A DNA stretch of 55,235 nucleotides, the filler included, from Platydemus manokwari (taxonomy: Eukaryota), in NCBI GenBank assembly GCA_037951405.1. It is 4 parts of 4 records of this genome, joined end to end, with 100 filler letters (N's around TTAATTAATTAA, not from the genome) between each part and the next. Parts side by side here need not be neighbours in the genome. Positions count along the whole stretch, not along the records: positions 12,665 to 28,693 come from JBBMOY011221431.1; 3 more parts are not named here. One strand, written 5' to 3'. Under the pieces are notes generated by a model. The model was not told the DNA's origin, searched no databases, and saw only the letters and a list, made by a program, of their open reading frames with translations. Positions 12,665 through 26,687 of this stretch are shown one piece after another. The translations under genes were made by a program, and so were the position numbers. The first letter of the stretch is position 1, and every line of letters starts with the position of its first letter.

Positions 12665-15600
12665 ATAATTTTCAATTTTTAGGTGAAATAGCTACTTTCA
12701 ACTAAATTTATTTTACTATTATGGAAACTTGTTAAATTGCTATTATGTTACTCAATTAAGCAATCTTTACTTCGAAGTAGATGTATAAGTATTTAATTTT
12801 CAAATTTTAAAATAAATTTATAAATATAATTTTGAAATACAAAGACATGAAGAAGACTTTCTATTGAAATAAACAATTATTTTTGTTTATGTAATCTTAG
12901 GGTTTTATTTCCTTGTTTCGTTGAGTTATGGTTACTATTGATTTATTTTTACTTGAAGAGAGGTCACCATCACCAACTTATAACGGTTTAGTTGCATGTT
13001 ATTACATTTATTATCAACTTTATTTATTGTAAATTCACCAATTAACAAAGTGGAATGATCTCAATACTTTTATTAAATACTTAAACAGAATCAAAATAAC
13101 TGTTTCAACTTTTGTAAGCAAAATTAAAATTATAATTTATGGTTCTCCTTCAATGATCTTAGCAATATGCTTGGTTATCGAACGGTTGATTATCAGGCAG
13201 TGAAGGATTACATTAGTGTGTTTCTCCATTGATTTCCATTTGATTTTGATTTACTACTTCAATCATTTCTGCATTGTTTATTTTCCTTAGCTTATTTTGT
13301 GAGTTCGATAAATGATTATTTTAAATCCATGGCCATTTTTGTTTTTATACATGTGTTGGGAGGGTGCCCCCTAGCATTAGTACTCAGGAAAGAATTGGGC
13401 TGGATGAGGAAATGAATTGGAATGGAAACGATGGAAACAAGCCAGAGAAGGCCATTCGAAGCAAAAAGGCCAAACAAATAAAAGCGGAACTGACAATTCT
13501 CGATGACACAAAAATCTGTAGCTCAAATGGTGGGAACTCCACAAACGCGAGGATATTGATAAGGATTTCAACTCGTGATATGTTTAATCGCTACAATTGA
13601 CTTAATTTTTTTGATTTACATTTTGATCTAATTGTCTCTAAACTTTAACTTGAAAAATCTATAATTCCAAGTCCTCTCTTGATCTTTGGTGTACATTCTG
13701 TAGCATCATGTATTAATTAATATATTTTTGGAAAATAATTAATATTTTGGTGAAAATAAAGATAAATTAAAATCGAACAACACAAATAATGAATAAAGTG
13801 CTTATCAATAGTAATAAAATGTAATTTAGAAAAAATTAGATTTGTTTAAGTGTTTTAATAAAAATTTTTTTAAAAATTACCATAGTAATTAATTATGGAA
13901 ATGCCAAAATTAATTCGTTAGAATTTTCTAAAAATTCATAGAATTTCTAAAATTATGGAAAATAATAAAATAAATCGAATAAAATTTTGTAAAAATAAAA
14001 TTAATTTTAAATTTAAAGTGAAAAAATAAAAATTTCTTCAGAAAAATCTCCACTTCTAAACGATTGTGAAAATTAGAATTTTTCGCTCTTAAAATCTGAC
14101 CAATAAAATTTGAATTAAAACTTTTAGGAGGAAAAATCTGAAAACCAGAATCGAGTCATTTTCTAAGTTTTCGAAATAGGTTGGTTCTACAAGTGGTCCC
14201 CTGGTTCGGAAGAATTGTGGTGATTACAATATTATTAAAAATGATTAAGAGAAACGTATGGTGAAAGGTGTCAATTGTGACACCCGGGTAAGATTTTATC
14301 AGATTTTTGTAGGTATTTGACTTTTCATTTGATGTTATTGGCTTTAAATTGGAGTTCTCCTCGAAGCGGAGTAAGTTCAGTGGAATGATGAAATAAGAGG
14401 TGATGTTATCTAAAGATGGTACTGAGAGAAGGATGGAAAACGGTAGCAATTGGCGTACTGTTTTCTTTGGTTGAATCATATATTAATGGAACAGTTAAAA
14501 ATCAAAAGTATCTGGGTTCGTAAATTGAAGGACGGATTCTTTATCAACTATCTAATTTCACGCCAAGTAATTTTAGAAATTTTTGCATTTATTGCAAAAT
14601 CTTTGTGTGAGTTTCTCTCTGACAAGGGGCATGATTGATCCATCATCCTTGTAACAAAACTCATTAAAAAACTTAAATAGATAGTTAAGCAAAAGCATTG
14701 TGAAATCGCCCACTTACAAAAGCAAGACAAATGTAATGCTCTGTTGCTTAAAATATTTCAATCTTTCTCGTGGAGAACTTGATTCAATCTAATTTCTACA
14801 AATAAAACATAATTTATTGGTAAATATTTAACAATTTTAAAATTAGTATATGATATCAAATTATAGATTCTTATCCATTTCTTATTGGTCATTAATAATT
14901 CAGATGTCAAAGTTGTAATTTAAATATTTCGATCATTGTCTTTCAACTGAATTTCTAAACTCGATTTCCAATGGCTTGTGATTTTTATGTATTTGAAGTG
15001 AAATTCATTATTAAGTATCATTATTAGTTTTATTAATATCTTTGTTATGTAAAACTCAAAAATATATGCTAGAAATTAGATTTATCTACTTTATTGGCTT
15101 AGACATGAGCGACGAAAATAATAAGGGTACTCCATGTCAGTTAATCGAATTTTAAATTTAAATTTTTGAAAATTTAAATCCTATTATTTATAATTGCTAA
15201 TATTAATTTTACAATTCTATTTTTATTTTACGAAAGACTATTATAACTTTAACCAACAAAGAATTTTTACTTTACTATCTTAGCTGATTATTAGCTTATT
15301 AGATTAATAATAATTTTTTAATTTAAATCGTCTGATAATATTAATTATTTAAAACAAATTGCAGACCTTCGGATCATAACGATGTTAAACACATTCGTCG
15401 GAATATAAGGCATAATTGTGTTTTCTTAATAATTACATTAGAATTTAAATATTAATGTTTTGTAATTTATGATAATGTTTTTCATAATAATTTGTCATTA
15501 AGTTAACTTTTAAAATCTTTTTAAAATTAAATTCTAGACACCTCAACTAAAATCCTTTATTGAAGATTAATTAATTTATTATAATTTACGGATTTTTAAA

Positions 15601-15727
15601 GCAATTAAGATTGTATTTTGATGAAATGCAATGCAAAGCAATACTAACAGCAACATAAATCAAAGCCAATGATCTATGAAGAATTTCCATTGGATGAAAT
15701 ATCGTATAATTTGAAACCGTTCTGGAA

Positions 15728-16639
15728 ATGATTCGAGCTAAAATGACACAATGTTCTTCTTATGAAGATCTCAACGCACGAAGTATACCGGGTGTGGATT
15801 TTTATTGTATGTACGGTGCTGCGTTTTCGGTAGGGATCATTATAAATTCTATTCTTGCATACACTTACTATCGCAATGGATCGAAAGTTCTCGGTAAAAG
15901 AGTCACCTTCAATTTTATTATGAAATCTATGAATTTTACAGATATTTTGATGTCAGTGTTATTGTTTGTGAACATTTTCATTGTTCGATTTGCAACATTT
16001 AATTCATCCCCATATATGTTGATATTTATCACCCCGAGAAATTTAACAATAGGATTTGAGACACTTGTTTTAACCTTCATGGCATTGGACCGAGTATTAG
16101 CAGTGGTTTATCCGACTACTACCAAATGGAATAAGAAGATAATTAAAATTGCCCTGTTTTCTATTATCGGAGTCTGTGCTTTTGTGGAGATTTTGTTAGA
16201 TGGAGTAATTCGAAGTGGCATAGAATGTGTTTTACAGACATTATTACAAAAAATTTATTTGTTAACTTATGGAATATTGTGTCTCTTGCTATTGTTAACG
16301 ACCATTTTAGCTTACATAGTACTCTTTATAGTTTTCTTTTATAGAGCTAGAAAGTCATTACAAATCGGAAACAAAGATGCTAAAAAAGATAAAATTATTG
16401 ATCTTAAAACATTTCAAAATATCATCAAATTCGGTCGGCTTCTTTTTCTGATAACGCTTTTGTATATCATTAATTTGATTCCTATTTTCCTGTCCAATTC
16501 TGGCATCATAAAGAATATGAGTTTCCTATTTTATTATTTTTTCTATCTGAATGTTGTGATAAATCCTCTTATATTCATTATTGGAAATTCTACGATAAAG
16601 GAATACTTTCTACGAACTTTTAGGTGCAACAAGAACTAA
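15728..16639 (+). CDS. Intronless rhodopsin-like (class A) orphan GPCR, 303 aa
   Basis: Seven hydrophobic segments. TM1 GIIINS, TM2 FTDIL, TM3 MALDRVLAVVYP (DRY-like), TM6 NLIP, TM7 YLNVVINPLIF (NPxxY-like), helix 8 and a terminal Cys. Confidence 0.88.
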   Translation: MIRAKMTQCSSYEDLNARSIPGVDFYCMYGAAFSVGIIINSILAYTYYRNGSKVLGKRVTFNFIMKSMNFTDILMSVLLFVNIFIVRFATFNSSPYMLIFITPRNLTIGFETLVLTFMALDRVLAVVYPTTTKWNKKIIKIALFSIIGVCAFVEILLDGVIRSGIECVLQTLLQKIYLLTYGILCLLLLLTTILAYIVLFIVFFYRARKSLQIGNKDAKKDKIIDLKTFQNIIKFGRLLFLITLLYIINLIPIFLSNSGIIKNMSFLFYYFFYLNVVINPLIFIIGNSTIKEYFLRTFRCNKN

Positions 16640-18330
16640 AACAATGAGTACATTTTTATGAACAATTTAGATATAGATTTATGTGATTAGTTTTCTGATT
16701 AGTTCTAAATTTGTTATTTTATAAATGTTTGAGTGCACTTGAATAATAAATATATTCGGTTATTTGTTTATGATATTTTATTAACATATTATTAGTGACA
16801 TAAACCAGACTTCGTTTTCTGTAACATGTCATTTAATTTTTGAGCTGTTTTTGATACATTTTACTCTTTAAAAGCAACAAGAACTCCATTCATTGTTCAA
16901 CAGTGAAATCAAGCTTTCACCCAATATATAAGGTTTCAATTTACTGACTATTGGGTCCCGAAAATGTTAAGTCATAAGGTTCAACTTCTTTTACAATATA
17001 CACCTCATAATTTTAGTAGAATATGGAATAACAGAATCCATGCGCAAACTGAAAATTGTGACATTTTTTAATTTTCGCTTCTATGCTAGATCAGTACAGA
17101 TCGAAAACTACATCGAAAAAATACCACAGGATTACATCTATCTTGGAATCGATAGATCATGTTTTATTTATAAAATAAAAATCGCAGATTAATTTTTCAA
17201 ACACAAGATTCAAACAAACTGCTATTTATGCGTGAAATCAAAAAAATTTTAAGCGAAGTGTTAATATGAAATTTTTGAGTGTAAAAAATACACACATAAT
17301 TATTTGCAAAAAGACTAAAATAAATTCATTAAATATTAAAATGATAATTCACAATTCAGAAGTAATTTATGTTTTGTTTGAAAAAAAGTAATTTTGAAAT
17401 CGACTTTACTAAATTTAAAAAAAAATTTTTCGAAAAATAATTTTTTTGCAAACAATTAGAGTATTCAATGTAGTGTTTTTTTCAACATTTGGTGGGTATG
17501 GAAAACTACAGACATCCAGTTCGTTAACGAACCCCATCCCGCTCATCTGATTCTTAAAATAACGTGTGATTAATACTCGCATATATGATGAAAACATTAA
17601 AAATTTGACTTTACTTATTTTTAAGAATTGTTAAATATAATAACCAAATCTCTTAATTTTAGTGAGCACATCATACTCAATATATAATAATGTTCTATCT
17701 AATTTATCAATTTCTGTGGACTTAAGACCGGTAATGGAAATGCTTTTTAAAGTAAAGATTCATGTTATGCAAAAAATGGTCGAATATGTGGTCCCTTGTT
17801 TTATGCTGTTGTCTAACTTGAAACTACTCGAACACAAATGGCTAGGGATCCTCTTAGTCTACCTTAGAAGAGCCCCTGAATTTCGCATAACCTTAGTTGA
17901 ACATTGGAGGTTTATTGATTGATTCTTTAATAATCCCAAACAGATGATCCCACTATTATATACCGGTTTCGTAACAATTTCTATTCATCAGTATTGGATA
18001 GAATCTCAAATCCACATTTTCATTGGAACCCACAGATATTTAATGCCGCTTCATCACATCATTTATTGCTGTACTGTGAGAAATGAAATATCAGTTACAT
18101 ATCCTCATATCACTAACAATCACCATGAACTGGAATACCAATCATTTTCAATTCATAATTAAAACTAAGTCTCATTCATATTATTGTCAATAAATAGAAA
18201 ATCAATCGAAATGATCACACTAAACCTTACAAACAATATCAACACCATAAATCAATTCCGAAAAATAGATCTTTACACTAAAATCATTAAAAATGTGCTT
18301 AGCAGTAGAATGTTATCCTCACATTTTCAT

Positions 18331-21300
18331 TCATAATGAGCCCACCAATTTCAAGTTCAGTTCTTTGGTGAGATTTTCCGCTAATAAATCTACGAATTCA
18401 AATGTGTTCAAGTAATCCGAACGTTTCACACTAAACGAATTGCTTTAAACTCGGGAGAAAAAGTGCAATAATTTTTACGCATTCATTCCGTTGATACAGA
18501 TTGCAAGATCTTTCGTCATTCGGCCGCTTTCAATGGTTTCAATACAAACTCTTTCTAAGGTATGACAAAACAATTCCAATTTTGAATTTTGATCCAATTT
18601 CGCTCGATGTTGCAATCCACGAGTCCAGGCAAAAATCGAAGCTTGTCAGATTTAATTATTTAGAAATGCTATCGAATTGAATTACCAATTGGATTGGTCG
18701 ATGTTTCACCTCCTTGTTGATGAACTCTGAAATGTCTCGTGACAGTTCCATGGGCTGCTTCTGCTTCTAATGTTTTGCCATCCGGACAAATGAGTACAGA
18801 CGTCATCATTCCTAATGATCCAAATCCTAGATTTATTGAAAAGATTCATCCATGATAGATTTTATTAAATTCAGTCAACGTACTCAGTACATGCAAAAGA
18901 GGAGACTCTTTAAAATTAATTTTACTTAGATTTTAATTATACATTCTAAACGTATTTATATTGAATAATGCGCCATCAAGATATGTGAAATCAGGAAGCC
19001 AATCAAAAGAAGTATATAGAATTATATTTGAAATAAAGGGTTAAAGAATTATATTTGAAAACAAGGAAAGAGCTAAACAATATTCAAAAACTAAAAATTG
19101 ATAACTTAAGTTAAGACCAATCACCGAAATAAATATAGAACGAAGACAAGTAAAGCCTTACTAGAGATTCAACGATAAGAAATAACAATAGGAGCACAAC
19201 TATAGTAATATAAAACAAAGTTTGCCATTGTCAAATGTCAGATAAATAGCTGTTACATATCAGGACAAATATAGAGCATACATTTTCAGTACATTTGGCA
19301 CAAAGAAAAAAAATTGCGAAGATTATTTTATAAATTCCCGAAATGGAGAGCAGTTTTAGCATAATATAAAGCATTACATTTTTATCCAGTGGTTTACTAA
19401 ATCTGATAAGATAACTCCAAATTTCTATTTGATCAACTAATATCTGTTAGACAGTAGTGTATGTACGATGCAATGGTCTATCATGTTGTCTGTAACTCTT
19501 TTCTTTTGGATTACATTTCATTGATTTTGATTTTCTAATTTTTATATTTTAATCTCTTTTTTAAATACAGTCATATCCGCTCAACTCGAATTTGATTGGA
19601 ATGCCACAATTTATACGATTTTTATATCAAATAGTTTTACCAGCAAATAATGAGTACCACATTGACATAATCTAAGTATGCCATTTCTTTATGGAACACG
19701 TTTGTGCATTGGCTGGTTTTCCTACTGTTTTAATTATCTTCTCTTTGTTTTTCAGGAAATCGTTTAACGTTTGAGGTTTCATATTATGATGAGCAGCAAC
19801 ATCTTTCTTCAATATATCCGTGTGTTCTTCAATGCATCGTACTTCTTAGACTGCAACTTACATTCTTCAGCCTATGTAAATGGCTGAAATAATCATTAAA
19901 AAAGTGTACTTCTGTAAGATTTCGAAAGCAATCGCAAATTTAAAAATTAAAGATAACTTAAATTATATAAATATTTAAAAGTGTATCTATTAAAACACAA
20001 ATTATCGAATTGATAATTACAATTGAATAACATTATAATTTAATATCTACTGCAACTGTGTACCAACAGTCAATATACGTGATAAGCGGGAAAAATCAAT
20101 ACATACGTATTTACTTACCAGTAATAATAGCTACGTGATAAACAAAAATATGACTTATTTACTCGACTTAATTTGTTAAATTGATATGAATTATAAAGGT
20201 AAAAATCCTGATTTTTAACTCACTGCGACATACGTCTAAATTCAATATATCCCGACCCCACTAAAGCAATCTCGACTGGATTATCATAATAATGATAAAA
20301 CCACAACTATTGTAAATTTAGAATCAGATAAGTTGAGATTATTTTCATAAAATTATTTCAAATTCAATCGTTATCAGAATTCAAAAATCCACCAATGAAA
20401 TTCTAGCAACACTCATCACTGATCATCATATCAATCAATTAATATTTATTTCCTACCTTGAGCCACAGAATCACTTTGAACGTCACCATCGTAATTCTTA
20501 CACGCCCATACAAAACCGCCTTCGGATTTCATGGCAAAAGCCACCATATCGTCAATCAATCGATGTTCATACCAGATATTTTTAGCTTCAAACTTGGCCT
20601 TGTAATGGCTAAATAATCACATTTTGAACTCTGATTACGAATGATAAATGTCTGGCATTAATTAAATATTCAAAGTTTAATATGATAAAGTGCAAAGATA
20701 AAATAACAAAATCAAAGTCAATTCGTTTATCAAAGTTCATCGACTAAAGATCATAAAGCATCTTACTCGTTGTAAATCTGTTGGAAAATGTCTTTGAAAT
20801 TGCCATCGTATTGTTTCAAAATCGTATTTTTCGTACTAAATTGAAACAAAAACATTCGACCAATGAAATCACACCACTAATCTGAGCAACCTTAAATACA
20901 AAACCCATCCCTTATCGAGAGCAAATTGAAACGAACTGTGAGCGAAGTCGCTTATGCTTTTATTTGTATTATACATGGCCATTGCAACACCTCCAGATTG
21001 TTCGAAATCGAATACTTCGTATGATATCGGTGAAATATCTGGATTTTTTGGTGTCCAACTAATGGTCAATTTTCCAGCTTCCGGAACGACAAAATCGATA
21101 GCTTTGTACTAATTTATGAATCACAATTATTGGAATTACATTGTTAAGAATAACAAACATAATTACAAATATTAGACAATCAATACATTTCAAAAAAGGA
21201 ACAAAAACCATTAATATAATCGATATTCCAAAGTTTTGACAATTATAATTTTTCAGATTTTTAGATATGCAATTGTCGCTTAGCAGTGAATATTGTGACC

Positions 21301-22419
21301 ATTTAATATGATTTGTTTCGCTTTTATCATTCTTATATAAACCAATGTAACTCAAAATGAGTATTTTATTCAATTTTTAAACATTATAAAACACCAGATA
21401 AAATATCCATTAAAAATTTTGTCATCGAATTCATTCAGCAAAAAATTCTACAAATTTCTGGATTCGATATCAAAGATAATAACGATGAATTCGTTTTGCT
21501 GAACGATTTTGATTGGTTGATGAAGAAAAAATTTCTAACCAATGAAAAACGCCAAAAGAATAAAATTATTAAATTAATCAGTTTTTAATAATTTCTTCAA
21601 ATTAAAATAAAATTTCTTAATTGAAAATAAAAATTAAGTATTCAACATCCCCTCAAAGTAGATACAAATGACGAGTAAAATCGATATATCTGAGCAGCAA
21701 ATTAATGAAAACTCTTTGAAAAGCAGAGATAATTATTGTAAAATCCACCATTCCACTTATATAAGAAAGGGAAATAATCAATAAATATCAATTGATATAG
21801 TTACAGCTTTAAGAATAAAATTTATAATAATAATCTATCACAAATAATATACACCTGATCACCATGAGCATGACGACCTATAATAATTGATTTGGTCCAT
21901 CCAGGAACCAATCTAGGAATATTTTGACAAATTATGGCTTCCCGAAAAACGGTGCCTCCCAATATATTTCTAATCGTTCCATTTGGTGAGCGGTACATTT
22001 TTTTCAGTTTAAATTCTAATTAAGTCAGCAAAAATTAACTATTATAATTTATCGATCTTTTTTCACACCTTTCACTCTACTCTCGTCGGGTGTTATTGTT
22101 GCACATTTAATACCGACGTTGTACAACTTGATTGCATTTGCACAATCGACAGTGACTAAGTTTTATATTTTAAGTCAATCCAACTATTTGGGTATTAAAT
22201 TGAACCCTACCTTGATCATCTGTTACATCACGATTTTGTATACTTAAATCATAAAAATGAATTTCAGGTTCAACAAAAGGAAAGATTAATTTTTCTTTTA
22301 TTAAATCCCAAATGATTCTTGTCATCTCATCGCCTTGGATTTCTACAATTGGCCCACCTAAATATGTTGTTTAGTCATCTTTGAAATTAAAAATTGAAAT
22401 AATTACATTTGATTTTCAT
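18331..22419 (-). CDS. IDH1: NADP-dependent isocitrate dehydrogenase, cytosolic type, 10 exons (22419-22407, 22357-22211, 22155-22069, 22015-21855, 21108-20891, 20835-20767, 20608-20457, 18826-18686, 18641-18479, 18430-18331), 416 aa
   Basis: Exons splice in frame (1251 nt). Motifs [74 protein letters not shown] and [10 protein letters not shown]. Residues equivalent to human R100/R109/R132/Y139/K212/D252/D275/D279 and NADP-binding K260/R314/H315 are intact. No N-terminal presequence. Confidence 0.97.
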
Positions 22420-23219
22420 GATTTTTAAAACAGAATACGTTGTAAATGATTAAAAAAAATCGTAAATTGATCATTTAAAACATCTGCGTCCATTTAATAA
22501 ATTACTTTTTTATAACAATTATAATTCAAATTTATATTATGATTATATCATTTTAATTTTGTATTTCCAAATTTAATTTAAATGTCATTATGTAAGCTTT
22601 TAAATAAAAAAACATTAAAAACTTGATACTGAAAATTATTTTTTTTATTATATCATATGTTTATATTAAAATTTACTCTTGGATTTTAAATGTAAATATT
22701 AAAGCCAAATTAGGAACTTCAATACGGTATAAATCAGTCACATTCATACAACCAATGTAGTTACGTCCAATGGTGATAAATATAAAAATGTTAACATTGT
22801 AATCTATACGAGATTTTAATACGCAAATAAATAGTTAACGAAATGCCTTATCATGTCAAGCAAAATTCATTGAAACAACTTAAGTCGAATATAAGACAAA
22901 ATTGAAAAATATTTCCTATGTTCAAAATTTTTGAAATTTATTATTTTCTTATAAAACCTATTGGATGATAATAAATGCTACCAAAAAGTAAATTAAACTT
23001 TGATATAATAAAATTCGGTCAAACAAAGTCAAAAGGATTGGGATTGAAACTCAATAAAAGAAGGTTGAGAAGCCCGAAATTAAACAGAAATTGTTACTTA
23101 ATTATAAACCAAAAGAATGAAAACTTTCACATAAAATAAGTTCATTCATAGCCCAAAATCTGTGTGTTAATTTGATGTGACAAGTTTGATTTTTTATTTA
23201 TTGCTAAATGTTCTCAATC

Positions 23220-24729
23220 ATGACTTAAAGTTTTTATTGATGACTCCTTGGTTTGTTTTTCTGATAGTATTTTTTATGAGCTCATTGTTCGACAATGTCA
23301 ATCGAATCACCAATGTGTAATTTAGAAATTTAGAAATTACTGATAAGCTGCTGATATAGATGTATTATATTCATATGTATGCACATAAACTCTTCACGAA
23401 ATTATTTCCAATTTTATGCTGGTTTTTCCAAGATTGTTTGTCACATAATCTCATTTAATCATTATATTTGTGTTCATTGTTTATGTAACCTTTTATTCTA
23501 TCTGCAATGGTGAAAAATATATGCTAATTACATTAAAATTAAGCAGCATTTAATAACCCTTGTGTAGTTAGATAATGAAAAATAAACTGTCTCAACTTTA
23601 TATAGTAAATATCACCGTTTTAATTATATAATTATTGGAAATAATATTAAAGAAATTACAAATTTATTTGATGAACTTATTTGAAACAAAATATTAAATA
23701 CGAGAGGAAATGGTAGTAATGATTTTGAAAATATGTTAGTGTAGAAACCAATATTTACAACACGTAGAACAATTGAATTATAATGCTTCGATGATGTCTT
23801 GTCAAAATTGCCTAGTTTAGAAATGTATCAAAAAAAATAATGGTATTCTAGATCTAATTGTAATATCTGTTAATTTTTTCCATACTTTATAAAATCAGGA
23901 TCTCTTCATCTCTTCCAGAGCTGCGGCTAGATTTTTGAGTATCTGTTGTTAATCGATATCAGTAATATTATTTCACAATATGAATTTGTCAAAACACAAA
24001 GGTATTCTATGTATTTCATATCGATTTATAAATATTGGCAGACGAGAGTTACGTAGTTTAATATTTATAAATATTTCGCTATTCGAAATTTCCCGTATCT
24101 TGTTTATCAAATGGCATCACCTAATGAAAGAAGAAAAAGAGGCAAAGTATTTTAATGCTATTAACAAGAAATATTAACTCATTTGTTATTCATAAGTGCA
24201 TATAGATCAAGAAGTGTAAATTAAAAGATCACAAAGGCTTTCCTTAACTTTTGTTAACGATTATGTTTTTTCTTTCTTAAATAAACCTCCAATGAAATGT
24301 CGTCTCTAATTTCAAGTACTTTTACTAATTGCCTTAATGATATTGGAAACATTTTAATATTCACTGAACCTAAATATGTTGATAAGTAGATCAGAGTCGA
24401 GATGCATTGATGAATCTATCTAGAAACCATAAATTACTAAAAGTTATAACAATTTCATAATATAATTTATTTTACCTCCATCAAAATTCATAAATAAACT
24501 TCAAAAAATCCTGATAAGAAGAATTTAAATTAAAAGAGAAAGTCATTTTAGTTCAGAGGAGATTGATGCCATACATTATTCTTTCATTAATCAGTATGTT
24601 TCCCTTATTTTACTTTTACCATAATTTTAAATTTTCCAACAACTTGAGTATTCTTTCACTTTCGTTTTCATTTTGTAAGATATAATTTCTTTCTTGATCT
24701 TTACCTACAATCACGTTTGGACTATACAT
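23220..24729 (-). pseudogene. Probable decayed multi-exon gene of unknown family
   Basis: A series of AG|...|GT-bounded exon-like blocks, including a clean 43-codon exon at 24415-24287 (IHQCISTLIYLSTYLG...RDDISLE). Neighbouring blocks carry in-frame stops and frameshifts. Confidence 0.4.
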
Positions 24730-25914
24730 CTAAGTTGGTTTAAATTTTTAATTTCTTTTAATTGGGATTCATTGTCTCTTTTTACAAATTTCTGGTAATT
24801 TTTAAACTAATTTGACTCTGCTAATCTTTTATCAATATATTGATCTAATTCATATTAATTTCAATTCATAGATAAATCAACGGAATTCTTAAATATAACA
24901 GATAATTTTGTAATAAATTTCGTACAGGTATAGGATAAAAAAATTATCAGTACATCGAACTCTAGAAAAAAAATATTAAAAGTAAAATTTAAAAAAGCAT
25001 TTTGAAATATGTTAGTACGTTTGAAGAATCAAAAAGGAAGTTTAAAAAATCTTTTTTAAAGTATGTATCATGTACTGGCCATTTGCTCTCTAGTTCTGTA
25101 AGATAAAACTATTCTTGAAATATGAACATTTATCAGAAAGGAAATATGGCATATATGGATACAGAAATCCGAAATATGTTAACAATGTTTAAACTCATCT
25201 TCTTCCACACGTAATACGGACCAAAGAATGTCTGCTGAGATCGAGTACTAAATCTTTAGCACTGGTCAGCCAAAACAACAAATGTATAATAGAGTTACTC
25301 GGCAATGTTGCAAAGCGAACGAGAAGACTTCAAACAAAGAAATCTCGAATCAGAATATCAGAAATTTCAATCTTCAGAATTCAATTTAAAAGTCGACATG
25401 AGGACTTGTGCCACCCCATCGTGAAGACTGTTATGTTTATGCAAAATAAATATTTATATTTTTTAATTAAATAAAAAATCATATGGTTAATCATACAGAA
25501 ATGTGTTACACCTTGGAATGAGATGATATAAAGAAAATTAGTCAACAAAAGAAGTTCCGGCAAATACTTATTGAAAAATATTATTATAGCACGTTTCTTT
25601 ACAGATAAAGTGATCTAATTAAGAAAACTACAAAGGCCACAAAGATTTAAAAAAACACGGCTACTTCGGCCACTGGTATTTTCGTATCACCATACCAAAC
25701 ACCTTTACCATATGAACGTTATGAAATAAGTCGTTTCCTATTTCGGACCAGTTGCTAGATTATCAAATGATTTAAAATGTTAAATGTCTTATTGACTAAA
25801 AGCCAATTAATCAAAATACACACTCAAATATTAAAATGTTAAACAATATTCTAAGATTCAAAAGCAGAGTCAAAGAAATATCAAATCCTAGTATAATTAG
25901 TAATTATTGATTTT

Positions 25915-26687
25915 TGTGCCCGTGATTGGTTACTGTTTAGTGTACAACAAAACTAAGGCAAGATAACCATGAAAAAGTCCCGAGAGGTTTGATACAGGCA
26001 TGTACGATGAACAGATGTTCCAGTAGCCACTCAGATGCCTTTAAAACACTAATTCATATATATAATTCGATCATCAATTTTGGTAACAACAAGTAATATA
26101 CGCCAAGATGAGTCAAAGGTACAAAAGTAAAAAGAAAACCTACTAACAAACACTGACAAGATATTATGAATTCGTGCTCCACATAACCTGATCCATAAAT
26201 CAGTGGATTACCAAATGTTTAGATCGAGAGATGAAACAGGTTAAATAATTCATGGCTTTATAACTAATCTCATGAATGGGAGACACCAACTGAAATCAAT
26301 CCTGAATATCTCAAATAAAAAGCAAATGATTTGATCCTCAAATACCGCAAAACCAGACATATCAGCAAATGACAAGAAACACCGATATTCCCCAATAACA
26401 CGAGAAATGTAAGAGAACTTGCCAACATATCGATGTATGGACGAGCATCTGCCAACCCTTTTTAATCGATAACCTTCATTCTGTTTTGTTACTTCTGTGT
26501 GATTTTCCTGACGGCCAGTCTTTACTATTGTTTTATATTCTGAATTCCCGTCTTGAGTGATCAACTATTGTTGTAGCTCGATTTTAAATTGTAATTGCTG
26601 AGAAGTTGAGCCTGTGATTCTTTGAGATTTAAATTACCATTTTCAGCATTTCAGAGTTGTTTATTAATCTAGATCCTATGGGCAACA
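25915..26687. mobile_element. Solo LTR distantly related to family A, opposite orientation
   Basis: TGT(-)GCCC...GGGCAACA termini. Contains CCGTCTTGAGT, the reverse complement of ACTCAAGACGG in copy 1, plus other patchy reverse-complement similarity. Confidence 0.45.

Noticed and set aside
13140-14790. GC-richer patches with faint RT-like words (KRGLGII, KLLGVKLD)
   Set aside because: Probably old TE debris, but too degraded to classify or bound.
17518-17531. Perfect 14-bp palindrome GTTCGTTAACGAAC, and small inverted repeats at ~21430-21545
   Set aside because: Isolated, short and without supporting context.
22425-22493. 22-codon ORF ending 5 nt before the IDH1 ATG (possible uORF or presequence)
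   Set aside because: It is out of frame with IDH1, the TSS is unknown, and such short ORFs are expected by chance.
23220-24729. In-frame TGA/TAA codons as selenocysteine or an alternative genetic code
   Set aside because: The stops are mixed types with frameshifts, and intact genes in the window use the standard code with TAA, TAG and TGA as terminators.
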